A DNA stretch of 64,000 bases, taken from an uncultured delta proteobacterium. Lineage in GTDB: Bacteria; Desulfobacterota; Binatia; Bin18. The stretch spans positions 1 through 64,000 of the forward strand of contig CAVTCR010000056.1 in assembly GCA_963733195.1 (NCBI GenBank). Reading direction: 5' to 3'. Each line of letters starts with the position of its first letter. Positions within the stretch are counted from its first letter, which is position 1. Of the stretch, positions 31,365 through 42,890 are shown in pieces. A model generated the notes under the pieces. It was given only the letters and a program-made list of their open reading frames with translations. It was not told the DNA's origin and searched no databases. The position numbers were made by a program, and so were the translations under genes.

Positions 31365-32474
31365 TTAGTTCAAATCCATCCGATACAGCTTCACCGCGTT
31401 GTCGAACACGATCTTGCGGGTCACCTCGTCCGGTACACCGTTGAAGTCCTTGGCGATCCACTGACGGGATTCCGGCCAGGTTGAATCGGTATGCGGGAAG
31501 TCCGATGCCCACATGTAGTTATTCTCGCCGAAGATCTTGTAGGTTGCCGGACCGACTGGATCGTCCTGGAACGTCGCCCATATCTGGCGGCGGACATAGT
31601 CACTCGGCTTCATCGGGAGAGGATTCTTCTCCATCGCGTTGAATTTCTCGTAAGCATGATCCATGCGATACATGTAATGCGGGAACCAGCCGGTATCGTT
31701 TTCAGCAGAAATGATCGTCAATTTCGGGAAGCGCTCTAACACCCCACCGAAGATCAACTGCGTCAGCGAACGTTGCACTTCATGAATAATATTCATGTAG
31801 AACGTGCTGATCTCTTCGAAATTGATCTTACTTTCTTTGCTTTTGCCGGTAATCACATGCAGTGAGAGGGGCATCTGCAAATCGGATGCGGCCTGCCAGA
31901 ATTTATCATACTCCCGGCTACTATACGGCTTGTCTTCAGGTGGTGACCCCCAGATCATCGCGCCACGCATGCCACGCTTCTGAATCCGTTCGAGTTCCTT
32001 TACGCCCTGGTCAATGTCTTCGAGTGAAACCAAGCCAATCCCATAGAGCCGTTTCGGATTGTGCGCGCAGAAGTCGGCGACCCAATCGTTGTATACACCG
32101 AAACAGGCGCGTTGTAGATCTGCATCTTGTAAACCGAACAATGGCATGCCAAGTGTGGTGTAGAGAACCTCAGCCTCGACACCGTCAAGTTCCTGATCCT
32201 TGATACGTTCGACCGGATCCCAGCCGCTTGGGCGGGCGGCTTCGTAGCCTTTAGACAAATGCTCTTTCAGTTCCTCACCCGAACGTCCGGCACCAAAGCC
32301 ACCAGCAACGGGGAAGGAGTCAATGCCTTCAGCGACAAAAATCAACCCGGGCTTCTTGGGATTTTGGATGACTTTGGGAGAGCGTTCCCGGAATTTTTTA
32401 TCCAGGCGGGTGGTCCACAAATCTGCCGGCTCCATCATGTGAGAGTCAGCGGAAACGAAACGAAGATTCGCCAT
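31365..32474 (-). CDS. Amidohydrolase_2 family protein
   Basis: SADSH, LSLH, SAENDTGW, MWASDFPHTDSTWP; AGGAGG RBS. Confidence 0.9.
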   Translation of the reverse strand: MANLRFVSADSHMMEPADLWTTRLDKKFRERSPKVIQNPKKPGLIFVAEGIDSFPVAGGFGAGRSGEELKEHLSKGYEAARPSGWDPVERIKDQELDGVEAEVLYTTLGMPLFGLQDADLQRACFGVYNDWVADFCAHNPKRLYGIGLVSLEDIDQGVKELERIQKRGMRGAMIWGSPPEDKPYSSREYDKFWQAASDLQMPLSLHVITGKSKESKINFEEISTFYMNIIHEVQRSLTQLIFGGVLERFPKLTIISAENDTGWFPHYMYRMDHAYEKFNAMEKNPLPMKPSDYVRRQIWATFQDDPVGPATYKIFGENNYMWASDFPHTDSTWPESRQWIAKDFNGVPDEVTRKIVFDNAVKLYRMDLN

Positions 32475-32691
32475 GTACGGTCCTCCTTTTGTATAGATAA
32501 AGAATAAGACGGTTACAAGCTCCATTCGTCTGAACGTGGACTTCTGTGCTCCCGTACACTCCTTAATGTCTTTTCATGGGAGCTAGTTTGCTGTCAAGAG
32601 AGCAATGAACGAAGATTCATTCCTGTGCTCTCTCAATGACGGGTCACCCAGGATCCGAACCGCCTGTGATACGAATCGGTGCTGCTGAACA

Positions 32692-32976
32692 CTACGGAGT
32701 CTCTAGCGTGTCGTCTTCAGGTGTCCAGGAACTATCAGTCTTCCGTGAGCGACTGCGCTCGAAGCGTTGACGATGGACTTCGCGCCAATGAAACGACTGC
32801 GGTGGGCGTTGTTGTCGCTCTAAGCTGCTAAGTAAGGCTTCTTTGTTATCAGCTCTACCAAAGCAGTGCTCTCCAAGCCACAATTCCCATCCCTCACGAC
32901 TCTTCCCGTCTGGTCCGACGATATCGCGACGGACAAAGTGTGGTTCCCCTCCAAGGCTTGGCTTCGTCGTGAACAT
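32692..32976 (-). CDS. Hypothetical protein (94 aa)
   Basis: ORF with GGAGG RBS; no recognised domain. Confidence 0.6.
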   Translation of the reverse strand: MFTTKPSLGGEPHFVRRDIVGPDGKSREGWELWLGEHCFGRADNKEALLSSLERQQRPPQSFHWREVHRQRFERSRSRKTDSSWTPEDDTLETP

Positions 32977-33033
32977 GTTGTCCTCCGGTTGTAGCGGTTG
33001 TGTGTAGCAGTTGTTGTGTCCACAGGTGCTCTT

Positions 33034-33631
33034 TTATTCCTGTTCACGAATGAGTCCGAGGAAGTCCCGTAACACGCGATAGGTGAGACCCCAGATCGTC
33101 TTGCCGCCATATATTAGCGCGGGAACCTCTATCATCGTTTTGTCGGGTAAATCTCGGCGGACGGTCTGTTCAACTTCATCACGTTGCATAAAAGACAACG
33201 GCACCCAGATTGTATCTTGGACCTCTACTGGATCAGGGTTTGAGTTGCGCTTCCGGTGATACGAGATACACAAATGGTGAGACCGCCATGTTGGTGGGTC
33301 GTCCGCGTGCCATAGCTTGTACTTCAGCTAATCGGCCTAGATATTCACCATGATTGTCGAGGTCGATTCCCACCTCTTCTCGTGTTTCCCGCGAGATCGT
33401 GACTAATAAGTCTGAATCTTCCGGATCTTGTCGTCCCCCAGGAAATGCCATATGGCCAGACCAGGGATCATGCGGATGATGAGCACGATGAATAAAAAGG
33501 ACGTGTAAATCCTCTTCTTGTGGTTGGAGGAGCAACGCCACCGCTGCTCGCATCGGGTCTTCAAGCGTAACACGGTCCGGGTCGTGATCAGACAACCGGT
33601 GACGAATGCGAGAAATCTTTTTATGTACCAT
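33034..33631 (-). CDS. CoA pyrophosphatase-type Nudix hydrolase (one indel)
   Basis: RAAVALLL, DPWSGHMAFPGG, RETREEVG, IWGLTYRVL. Confidence 0.85.
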
Positions 33632-33879
33632 GCCACTTCCCAGCGAAGAAAGCTCATTATATCGTAATTTCTATGGCAGAGCGAATAATGATTGCTATTT
33701 TCCTCCTTTGTCCTCTCAGGTGGATGTGGTAGCGCGTATTTTCATGAAGTGAGAAAAGGGGAAGCATGCAGTTTCTGAAGAAGTTACCGTTGGCGTCAGC
33801 GTGGTCTGAGTATCGATGATTGCTTGCGACAGTTGTTGACCCCGCGGCCATGATTGCCATGCCTTGCGGAAAGAGACGC

Positions 33880-34025
33880 TCTACTCTTAGGAGAGAGTCT
33901 CGGTTCAGGGACACTGTTTGGTGGTTGTGGTCTTGACCTTGGACGTTGGCTGCAGCCGAACGATGTCATCGAATTGGAAATCGAGCGGATCGGAGTGCTG
34001 CGGAATCGGGTTGTGCGAAAAAGGA
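33880..34025 (+). pseudogene. C-terminal remnant of a fumarylacetoacetate-hydrolase-family gene
   Basis: GSGT..GCGLDLGRWLQPNDVIELEIERIGVLRNRVV with no upstream part. Confidence 0.65.
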
Positions 34026-34147
34026 ATTCAGTAGACAGGAGACAGAATCCAGAAGACTAAAGGAGTCACGATTCCTTTAGTCTTAGTGCTCTCTGTTTCC
34101 ATGCTGACCTCTAGCCCCTAACTTCTGACTCCTGACTTTTTTGCTCA

Positions 34148-34384
34148 TCATTGGTGTGACGATTCCTCCTGATTTGCTTCCTTGACGGCATCGAGCACTG
34201 CACTGGCACGTTGTACATGAACTTGGACTTCCAGAATCTGATTGAGTAAACGACCGATATAGGCTCTGGCCTCTTCAGTTTGTGGGCCGAGGCCTTTAAC
34301 GAGTTGGGTGGCAGCACTCACGCCTTGTGTGGCTTGGGTAACGGCACTTTCGATTTCTGCAAATGTTTCCGTATCAATGATCAT
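34148..34384 (-). CDS. Small helical hypothetical protein (78 aa)
   Basis: ORF with GAGGA RBS; amphipathic helices. Confidence 0.6.
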   Translation of the reverse strand: MIIDTETFAEIESAVTQATQGVSAATQLVKGLGPQTEEARAYIGRLLNQILEVQVHVQRASAVLDAVKEANQEESSHQ

Positions 34385-34583
34385 GTATCTTCCTCTTATG
34401 AGGGTTGAAGCGGGAAGTCTACCAGCCTCCTTACTTTCGCCTCCGGCACTCTACAGAGAAAAGCTATTTCTCGTCAACGCGGTCAATGTGTCTCTGTCTA
34501 AATATAGTTATCGTGGTATTTGGGTATTGCTGTCAAGGTTTGTTTTGTCACTCCCTTCACTCTGGGGGTGACACAACTGCACT

Positions 34584-35372
34584 ATGCTGATGCTAGCTCA
34601 ACTGGGACAGAAAACTGACTCTCTCTGCTTGGCCATTGGCCATCGCGGAGCGGCAGCCATTTGCCCGGAGAATACGCTCCCCTCGTTTCTGGCTGCGCGT
34701 GACGCTGGGGCGCGTATGATCGAACTCGATGTGCAGCAAAGCGCTGACGATGAGTTGATCGTCTTTCATGATGAAACCCTTGACCGCCTTTGTGGTGAGG
34801 CGACAGCCGTCGGTTCTCTCACCGAGTTGGCAGTAACCGCCAAAGTCGTTGGCCAATGGCATGGCCAATCTGTGACTATTCCTTCCCTTGCTCATGTGTT
34901 TACGACACTACGGGATTCGCTGCTGTATAACGTGGAACTGAAGACCGATACCGTGCACTATCCAGGGATTGAGTCTCGGCTTGCTGCTTTGGTTGCTGCT
35001 CATGGACTTGCTGAACACGTTCTTGTCTCCAGTTTTAATCATGAAAGCTTACGGCTCGTGAGACAATGTGACCCTCACCTATCCTTAGGGATACTCCTCG
35101 ATGCTCGGCAAGCGCAGCAGTGTGACGGTCCTGACGGAATTGTGGCTCGGGCACGTGAGTTCTCGTGTTTCTCTGTTCATCCTAAGTTCACTGTCCTGCG
35201 TCGCTGGCCTGAACTTGGAACCGCGTGTCATGCGGCGGGTCTGCGAATTTTCCCGTGGACAGTAGACGACGAGGCAGATTGGCAGTTTCTCGTTGATGTT
35301 GTTGGTGTCGATGGGATTATTACCAATGATCCAGGGAGACTTACAAGTGGTTACAGGCTCGATTGCAGGTAG
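34584..35372 (+). CDS. Glycerophosphodiester phosphodiesterase
   Basis: IGHRGA..PENT, IELDV, FHD, NVELK, PWTVD, GIITNDP. Confidence 0.9.
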   Translation: MLMLAQLGQKTDSLCLAIGHRGAAAICPENTLPSFLAARDAGARMIELDVQQSADDELIVFHDETLDRLCGEATAVGSLTELAVTAKVVGQWHGQSVTIPSLAHVFTTLRDSLLYNVELKTDTVHYPGIESRLAALVAAHGLAEHVLVSSFNHESLRLVRQCDPHLSLGILLDARQAQQCDGPDGIVARAREFSCFSVHPKFTVLRRWPELGTACHAAGLRIFPWTVDDEADWQFLVDVVGVDGIITNDPGRLTSGYRLDCR

Positions 35373-35420
35373 ATTACTAAAGCGAACCACACGACATTGG
35401 GACACGGGCTACTTAGAAGC

Positions 35421-35532
35421 TCATGCTGAGCCTTCGACTTTGCTCAGGTAACTAGCCGTAGGGCGAAGTGAAGCATGTCGACTCTTGACGCGCTGCTCTT
35501 CGACTTCGCTACGCTACGCTCAGGACGAGCGG
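35421..35532. repeat. Palindromic repeat of the CTTCGAC..GCTCAGG family
   Basis: TGCTGAGCCTTCGACTTTGCTCAGG..GAAGCATG and CTTCGACTTCGCTACGCTACGCTCAGGACGAGCGG; related copies at 30584-30648 and 51545-51583. Confidence 0.7.
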
Positions 35533-35585
35533 AGAAATATTCCATAGCGCGTGACGGGAGGTGTGCACATCTTCTGTGGTTTTGT

Positions 35586-35753
35586 TTAACCAGGAGGATG
35601 TTCACCAAACATCCTGTGCCAATGCTCTTTGTACACAGCGATAGGAACGAGTCGAACGGCAAGAAAGATCAGTCCCGGCACGATAATTACGTCATCAAGA
35701 TGCCCAATGAGCGGAAGGAAATCAGGGATTAAATCAAAGGGCATCGCACATAC
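35586..35753 (-). pseudogene. Displaced duplicate 3' half of the YkvA/DUF1232 gene
   Basis: 35659-35748 matches 36783-36872 (90 bp, 1 mismatch); the distal part is diverged but encodes a homologous C-terminus (HWHRMFGEHPPG*). Confidence 0.8.
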
Positions 35754-35778
35754 TGAAAGTTGACGGTGAGCGAGGTGT

Positions 35779-36690
35779 TTACGCGGCAGCGCATGGGGGC
35801 GGTTCAGCTGCTTGTTGCCGACGGATCTCTTTTGAGCTTCTTGCCGGACAGTGCGGTGCAGTTGGTGCGTTCCCCACTCCCACGCCAGCTCCTGCTTGAG
35901 CGTGAACGCACTCCAGACTGCGGTTGGATCTGTTGGCGCGCAGTCGCAGCAACAGCAAATACGCCATCACCGCTACGGCCACCGAGCGTTCCACCCGTGC
36001 GCGTCTTTGGTGACTTGATGTTGTCTAAGCCACAGCACTCTTGAGTTCTTTGATACAGAGTTCACCGGCCATCTTCTGAGATAGAGTGCACGGTCAGGTG
36101 CGCGTCGCTTACGGATATTCCGAGAGTTTGGTGTGTTTGTCTCGTCCGCTGCCGTCGACTGAGCCCACGGTGACTCTCCCTCTGCGCGAACTGCGCTTGC
36201 TTAGCTAATGTCCAGAAGTTCCTGCGATGGACGGATATGGGGGACAATCAAGGAACGCGATTCATAGTAATGATGGATCGGCAATGATTACGATATCGCG
36301 CGATATTGGCCGTTGGCAGCTCAGGTCCGCGAAGGCGATCCAGAACCAGCCGCGGCTAGATCGCTTGCGATCGCGCGCGAGGATAGGCCGCCGGCCACCA
36401 CCACCGCTTTCTTACACCGGCAGCGGCTACCCCTGTAGCCTCGCGAAACAGCGCTTCTCTGATTGTACTCTTGCTCTCTTGGTTGACCAGCCGAAACGCG
36501 AGCGGTGCGTAGATTCCCTGTGCGATCAGTGACCCTGCAACCGAGTAAAGGGTGCGTCTCGTTGAGCGCCTCTTGGCCAGCGTTTTCTCCGCGCTTGTCT
36601 TCAGGTACTGTCGACTACCAAAAGAGCCGCCATCTTGGCGGGAGGAACGCGGCCAGCGCTTCACTCACCAGCCATTCCAGGACGCCCTCT
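35779..36690 (-). pseudogene. Degenerate DDE transposase (IS4/IS701-like)
   Basis: Fragments LVVDST, PLAFRLV, RRWPVELCIKELK..GLGQHQVTKD, ERSVAVAVMAYLLLLRLRA; many indels. Confidence 0.7.
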
Positions 36691-36709
36691 CTCGATCACA
36701 GGTCGGTTG

Positions 36710-37000
36710 TTAATCAACAGAGTTTTCACCAAACATTCTGTGCCAGTGCTCATTATAGACTGCGACGGGAATGAGCCGGACAGCAAGAAAGATCAGTCCC
36801 GGTACGATAATTACGTCATCAAGATGCCCAATGAGCGGAAGGAAATCAGGGATTAAATCAAAGGGCATCGCAACATACGCAAGTGCAGCCCAGAGCAAAT
36901 AGCGTGCGAGTCGTGGAGTTCGTGGGTCTTGATAGAGCGCTCGGTAGAGCGCGAGGTGTTGGCGAAGTGTGCCTGCGATTTCTTTCAGTGTCTGAAGCAT
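36710..37000 (-). CDS. YkvA/DUF1232 family membrane protein
   Basis: DPRTP..ALAYVAMPFDLIPDFLPLIGHLDD signature. Confidence 0.9.
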   Translation of the reverse strand: MLQTLKEIAGTLRQHLALYRALYQDPRTPRLARYLLWAALAYVAMPFDLIPDFLPLIGHLDDVIIVPGLIFLAVRLIPVAVYNEHWHRMFGENSVD

Positions 37001-37014
37001 GTGGTTTTTCTGTA

Positions 37015-37043
37015 GTAGAGACGCCCCGGCGGGGCGTCTCTAC
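37015..37043. repeat. GTAG-type REP palindrome
   Basis: GTAGAGACGCCCC-GGC-GGGGCGTCTCTAC perfect inverted repeat. Confidence 0.85.
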
Positions 37044-37046
37044 GGC

Positions 37047-37912
37047 TCAGCGAAATAGACTCAACTGTGTCGGCGTTGAGGGAATCGCATTCCAAGGTAA
37101 CGGAGGGACAAGAATCTTTCGTTGTTCAAGAAGTGATTGAAAGTAACGTGCTGTTCCAGGCGAATAGTCTTCGATCGGACAATGGACAAAGAAATAGATG
37201 CGTGTTCCTTGAGATAACCAACGGGCAACGTGGGTTATCCATTCCTCAATGAATAGATTGTTACTCTCTCGGTGTGGATGGCTAATAAAACGTACAAGAC
37301 TAAAGGGAGCAGTAACACTTGGTTGCAGAGGCAACTTCGGTTTCCGCCACTTCATCCCAATCTGCGGATCATCAGGGCCTTCATAGAGCGGGCGGGTATC
37401 GAGCAGCACTCGCCCAACACTAAGACTCTCTAACAGTGAGGTCAATGCTTGAGCATGTGGTTCGCGAAACCAATCGAGATGCCGAACTTCGACAGCTAAC
37501 GGTATTTCTTCTCGTGGCCAAGCCGAAAGAAACGCATGAAGGTCGTTCAGCATCGTCGGTCCGTATTGTGGCGGTAATTGCACGAAGATCGGACCAAGGC
37601 GATCACCCAGTGTTTGCATGAGTTTCCCAAACGTTAACGCGTGAGGAATCGACGGTTGCAGGAGGCCTCTGTGGGTAAGATCCCGTGGTAGTTTGGGGCA
37701 AAATTGAAAACCTGGTGGGGTTTCTGCTGCCCAGCGCATGACAGTGTCACGACTTGGCACGCCGTAAAAAGTGGCGTTGATCTCCACCGCAGTTAAACGC
37801 TGGCTGTACAGACGCAAGAAGTCAGCGGCTCGACTGCTTGCCGGGAAGAAATCTCCCAGCCAGCCTTTATAGGCCCACACTGCGCACCCGAGAAAGAAAT
37901 TCGCACGCTCAT
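37047..37912 (-). CDS. DUF72 (YecE-like) protein
   Basis: GCAVWAYKGW, AVEINATFY, FQFCPKLP, QLPP, AVEVRH, YFFVH; start approximate. Confidence 0.9.
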
Positions 37913-38710
37913 ACTCGTACCATAGCGAGGGCAGACTGCCGACGAAAGCTCAGTTACTCATGATTCTTTGCACTTGCATTTTGGAGCGGCCTGAGCTGTA
38001 AACAGGCCAAGGGAAAAACTGCGAATGACATTCGATGAGGTGCTCGCGCAAGTTCGTGCGTTGTTACAACGTGAAGGACGCGTGTCCTATCGCGCTCTTA
38101 AGCGGCGTTTCGACTAGATGATGAATATATGGAAGATCTCAAGGCCGAACTCATCCACGCAAAGAAACTTGCCAGTGATGAAGATGGAACGGTGATCGTT
38201 TGGCTGGATCAAGGGGAAAACGGCAAAAAGGCCGAAAATGGCGAGTCCGGAGTTCAGAGTCAAAGGAGTAAGGCCAATTCTTAGTCCCCAGACCGCTAGA
38301 CGCTAGACACCGAACCCTCAGACGTGCCGACCTCTCGGCGCCAACTGACGGTGATGTTCTGTGATTTGGTCGGCTCGACCGCACTGTCGGCGCGGCTCGA
38401 TCCAGAAGATTGGCGTGAGATCGTACAGGCGTATCAACGTACATGTTCAGAAGTGATCCACCGTCATGAAGGTTTCATCGCGCAATATCTTGGTGATGGA
38501 TTGTTGGTGTATTTCGGCTATCCGACCGCGCATGAAGATGATGCGCGGCGGGCTGTGCGGGCAGGATTGGAGATTATTCAGGCGTTACACATAGAGGTTC
38601 CCTCTCTCTTAGGGGTGAAGGAATTCCTCCAGGTCCGCATCGGCATTCACACCGGCCTGGTCGTGGTAGGAGAAATCGGCAGCGACGAAAAACGCGAGTT
38701 GCTCGCCCTA

Positions 38711-39916
38711 TATGCCTGGCAGCCAAGAAGTGGAGTTTAGCGAGAGGGAGTATAATCATGGAGCGAAGGAATTGAAGGAGGGAGAAGAGATGGGATGTTG
38801 AGCGAAGCGGACTATCAGGAAGCACTACGGCGGTACAAGGATAAGACGTGCAATGGGCACGAACGCCAGCGCTATCATGCCCTGTTGCTGGTGGCGAAAG
38901 GGTATAGCTATCGGGCGATTGCCGACATTCTCTTTGTCGATGAAGAGACGATCAGTCGCTGGGTGCGGGTGTACCGGGAGCAGGGGCTCGACGGGCTCAA
39001 GAACCATCCGGACTGGGGCGGGGAGCATGGTCAGTGCCGTCTAAGCGAGGAGGACTTGGCACAACTTGGACCGGTGCTGGAACAGGAGGCGATGCCGGGC
39101 ACAGCGGTGGGCAGTGGGTGGACTATCCGGGCGATTCGCGCCCTGCTGGAGGAGCGCTTTCTGGTGTGCTACAGCCGCCGGGGCGTGCGCAAGCTGATGA
39201 GAGCCCTGCGGTGGAGTTATCAACGGGGGCGGAAACTCTACATCAAACGGAGTGCGGAGGAGCAGCGACGCTTTGAGTGGGAGACGCGGACCGTGTTGGC
39301 GGAGCTGGCGGCCAGCGGTGCGCGGGTGACACCCTTAGCGGGGGATCAGAGTAAGGTGTATCTGGAAGGAACGGTGGCGTGGCGCTGGAACCCAGTCGGG
39401 CAGCAACCCTTGATTGCCGATGGGGCACGCAGTAAAGCAGCGGAGAACCTGTACGGCGCAGTGCATCTAGGCACCGGGGAAGAAGTCGTGCCTTTTGTGA
39501 TTGACTGGCAAGACTGGGACGCAACGATTGCTGGCTGGAGCAAGTGCTGACGGCCTGTCCGCGCGGCGAGGTCGTCTTGTGGATTGATCAAGCCCCACAC
39601 CATACCAGTGAGGAGGTGGAAGAGTGGCTGGAGGTCCATCCCCGCCTGCGGGTGATTCATTTCCCGGCCTATACTCCGGAGGAGAATCCCAAAGAGGCAA
39701 CGTGGAAGACCCTGAAGGAAGAAGTCTCGCATCACCGCTGGCACGAAACCAAGGCGGCATTAAGCAAGGCGGTCGATGAGTTCTACCAAACTGCGCGGCG
39801 ACACACCGTCAACTTCCTGGAAAAGTTCGGGTACTGCTGGCGGGAGGGGCGGATTTATGCCTTATCTCACCCCGCGTGACACCATTCAAAATCCAGATCT
39901 TGGTGTGCCACATATA
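38711..39916 (+). mobile_element. IS630-family insertion sequence
   Basis: TA target duplicated (38709-38710, 39917-39918); imperfect ~29-bp terminal inverted repeats (TATGCCTGGCAGCCAAGAAGTGGAG vs TATATGTGGCACACCAAGATCTGGAT). Confidence 0.9.
38795..39879 (+). CDS. IS630-family transposase (one indel at about 39530)
   Basis: HTH domains, DQSK, WIDQAPHH, FPAYTPEENPKE DDE-type motifs. Confidence 0.9.
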
Positions 39917-41825
39917 TAGGTGAAACGCCCAATATTGCCGCCCGCATTCAAGGATTAGCAGAACCCAATACCGTCATTATGAGCGCTGCTACGCATCGAT
40001 TGGTTGACGGTCAATTTGAATGTCAACCTTTCGGCTCTCATCTCGTCAAAGGGATCGATGTCCCTATTGCTGTCTACCATGTCCAGAGCGAACAACAGAA
40101 CACATCACTACTGGGAAGCAAAACGACATTCACCCCATTGGTCGGACGTGAGCAGGAAGTGGGACTGCTGTTTGACCGTTGGGAGCAAGTGAAAGAAGGA
40201 CGCGGCCAGGTGGTGTTGCTGAGTGGGGAGCCTGGGATTGGTAAATCTCGCCTTGCATACACTTTGAAAGAGCATGTTGCAAACCAAGGGTACCTGCTGA
40301 TCGAATCACGCTGCTCGCCGTATCATCAGCACAGTGCGTTATATCCACTGATCGAGTTCTTACAGCGTGTGTTGTTACTAACCCGCCAGGAGGCAGACAG
40401 TGAGAAGGTAGGGAAGCTTGAGCGTGCGTTGGCGCTATACGACATGCAAGAGACTGTACCACTCTTTACCGCACTCCTCTCGCTGCCGACGCCGTCACAC
40501 TATCCGCCGTTGAATCTTACGCCACAGAAGCAGAAAGAACGGACACTGCAAGCGGCAGTGCAATGGTTAGTAGCCCAGGCAGAGCGGCAAGCGACGGTGT
40601 CCGTGTGGGAAGATCTGCATTGGGCTGATCCGTCATCGTTAGAGTTCCTGACCCTTTTGGTAGAACAAATTCCCACGACCAAACTGTTACTCGTGTTAAC
40701 GTTCCGCCCTGAATTTACTCCGCCGTGGAGATTGCGCTCGCATCTCACACAGCTGAATCTCAATCGCCTTGGCAAACGGCACATTGAGAGCGATGATTAG
40801 AAAGATGGCGAAGGAAAAGCGAACTCTCTGCCGAAGTCATCGATCAAATTCGTACCAAGACAGACGGAGTGCCGTTGTTCGTGGAAGAGCTGACCAAAGC
40901 CGTGATCGAGTCGGACGGGGTAGCGGGCACGGCACGCCGTTTCTCTACAAACCATTCCCGCAACGTTACAAGAAGCGTTACTAGCCCGGCTCGACCGTCT
41001 ATCCGACGCACGCCAAGTTGCCCAACTTGGCGCCACGCTGGGGCGAGAGTTCTCTTATGAATTGCTGCGCGCGGTTGCGCCAATCGCTGAAGCCGACCTG
41101 CAAACAGCTCTCACCAAGCTTGTTGAAGCAGAGATTCTCTACCAACGTGGCGTTGGACAGCAATCACGCTACTTCTTCAAACATGCCCTCATTCAGGACA
41201 CGGCTTATCAATCGTTACTCAAGAGCACGCGGCAGCGCTATCACCAACAGATAGCTCAAACGTTAGAGGAACGATTTCCAGACACCAAAGAGGCTCAGCC
41301 CGAACTGCTCGCGCATCACTACACCGAGACAGGACTGATTGAGCAGGCGATTCCGTATTGGCAAAAGGCGGGACAACAAGCCGTACAGCGCTCAGCAAAT
41401 ACAGAAGCTATTAGCCATCTGACCAAGGGACTAGAATTACTCAAAACTCTGTCTGATACGCCTGAACGGGTTCAGTTAGAACTTTTACTACAAATCACCC
41501 TGGGCACTCCGTTGATGGCTACCAAGGGGTATGCTGCCCCAGAGGTCGAGCAAGCCTATACCCGGGCATGGGATCTTTGTCAGCAAATTGGAGAAACGCC
41601 GCAGCTCGGTCCAGTTTTGTCCGGATTATGGGGTTTTTATGTCGTACGTGCGGAGCACAGAACTGCGTACGAGATCGGAAAGCGCCTCTTGAGCCTGGCC
41701 GAAAATCAAAAAGATACAACCCGCCTTGTTGCAGCCCACTGGGCACTTGGCTGCTCGTCATTCGTCCTCGGGGAGCTGACCTCTGCTCATGCCTACCTGG
41801 AGAAGGTCTTTGCACTATATAATCT

Positions 41826-42890
41826 GAAGCCTGTGCCATAAATCGGTCGGGGGTCGCAGAGAGTCTTCACTCTCTGCACAGTAGGGTAATGCCAAACCAT
41901 CCCCTGTCCCCCGACGCCTCGCTCAGGATAGTTGAGCAAATCAAAGAATACTATGTGGAACTGCCCCGCCCCCGCCAACGGGGCCGCCCCCGCACTTTCT
42001 CGGCTCAAGCCTTTCTGCTGTTGGCCGTGGTGGCGGTGGTGCTGCGCACCTTCAGACCCCAGGAACTGCATACCCTGTTGGCGAAAGATGCCCGGTTGCG
42101 GCAAGCCTTGGGCTTTGGCCGCGTTCCTCACCGGTGCACCCTCAAGCGGCGCCTGTCGGCCACCTTGCCAGAAGCCGAAGCGCAAGTGCGGGCCGTGGGC
42201 CAGCAAATTCTGGTGGAGGTCGAGCCTGGTCCGGATGAGCCCCACGCCTCGGCCATTGATGGGCGCATGTATCAAGCCCAAGGGCCGCTCTGGCATAAGC
42301 GCGACCGGGAACAGGAGCGGATTCCCCCCGGGCTGCGCAATGTGGACACCGAGTCGGCCTGGTCCAAGAGTGGCTATCGGGGCTGGGTGCAAGGCTATCG
42401 CTTGGTCCTGCAGGGACTGGTTTTTCCCCCTCCTGTGCCGCTCTTTGCCCGCTGGTGCTCCAACGCGGTGGGGGAAAGTACGGTGCTGGAACAGGCGCTG
42501 GCCGCTGAGCACTTCCCGGTCACGGCACTCTTGCTGGGCGACTCGACCTTTGGCGGAGCCGACCTCGTGGCCCTCTATGCGCAGCACGGCGGTTGGCTGC
42601 TCACGCCCCAGCAGTTGCCGACCAACCCTGAGTCGTGGCAACACGACCTGTATGCCTATCGGCGCGAAACCATCGAGTTGCTCTTTCAGCGGATTATGCA
42701 AACGTGTGACCTCAAAGCCTGCCCCACCAAAGGCTTGGCGCGCACCGGCACCTTTGTCATCGCCAGTGTGTGGCTCTATCAAGTGCTCTTTCTGGACAAC
42801 CATCGCCAACAGAGACCTAGCGCTCACATCAAGGAGCTTATCGATGAAGGACGGTGGCGCATAGCGGCCTGAATTACGCGGACAGACTTC
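41826..42890 (+). mobile_element. Complete IS (DDE_Tnp_1 clan, IS4/IS5/IS982-like)
   Basis: 9-bp target duplication ATATAATCT (41817-41825, 42891-42899); ends GAAGCCTGTGCCATAAATC vs reverse complement GAAGTCTGTCCGCGTAATTC. Confidence 0.9.
41889..42872 (+). CDS. Transposase (327 aa, intact)
   Basis: SAIDG, WVQGYRL, LLGDSTF, YRRETIELLF putative D-D-E triad. Confidence 0.85.
   Translation: MPNHPLSPDASLRIVEQIKEYYVELPRPRQRGRPRTFSAQAFLLLAVVAVVLRTFRPQELHTLLAKDARLRQALGFGRVPHRCTLKRRLSATLPEAEAQVRAVGQQILVEVEPGPDEPHASAIDGRMYQAQGPLWHKRDREQERIPPGLRNVDTESAWSKSGYRGWVQGYRLVLQGLVFPPPVPLFARWCSNAVGESTVLEQALAAEHFPVTALLLGDSTFGGADLVALYAQHGGWLLTPQQLPTNPESWQHDLYAYRRETIELLFQRIMQTCDLKACPTKGLARTGTFVIASVWLYQVLFLDNHRQQRPSAHIKELIDEGRWRIAA

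Noticed and set aside
39520-39550. Programmed frameshift in the IS630 transposase
   Set aside because: The break is inside the catalytic domain with no slippery A-run, and restoring one base gives a continuous frame, so an error is more likely.
41793-42864. Long overlapping ORFs (41793-42827 minus, 41932-42864 plus)
   Set aside because: Shadow frames of the GC-rich transposase with no recognisable motifs.
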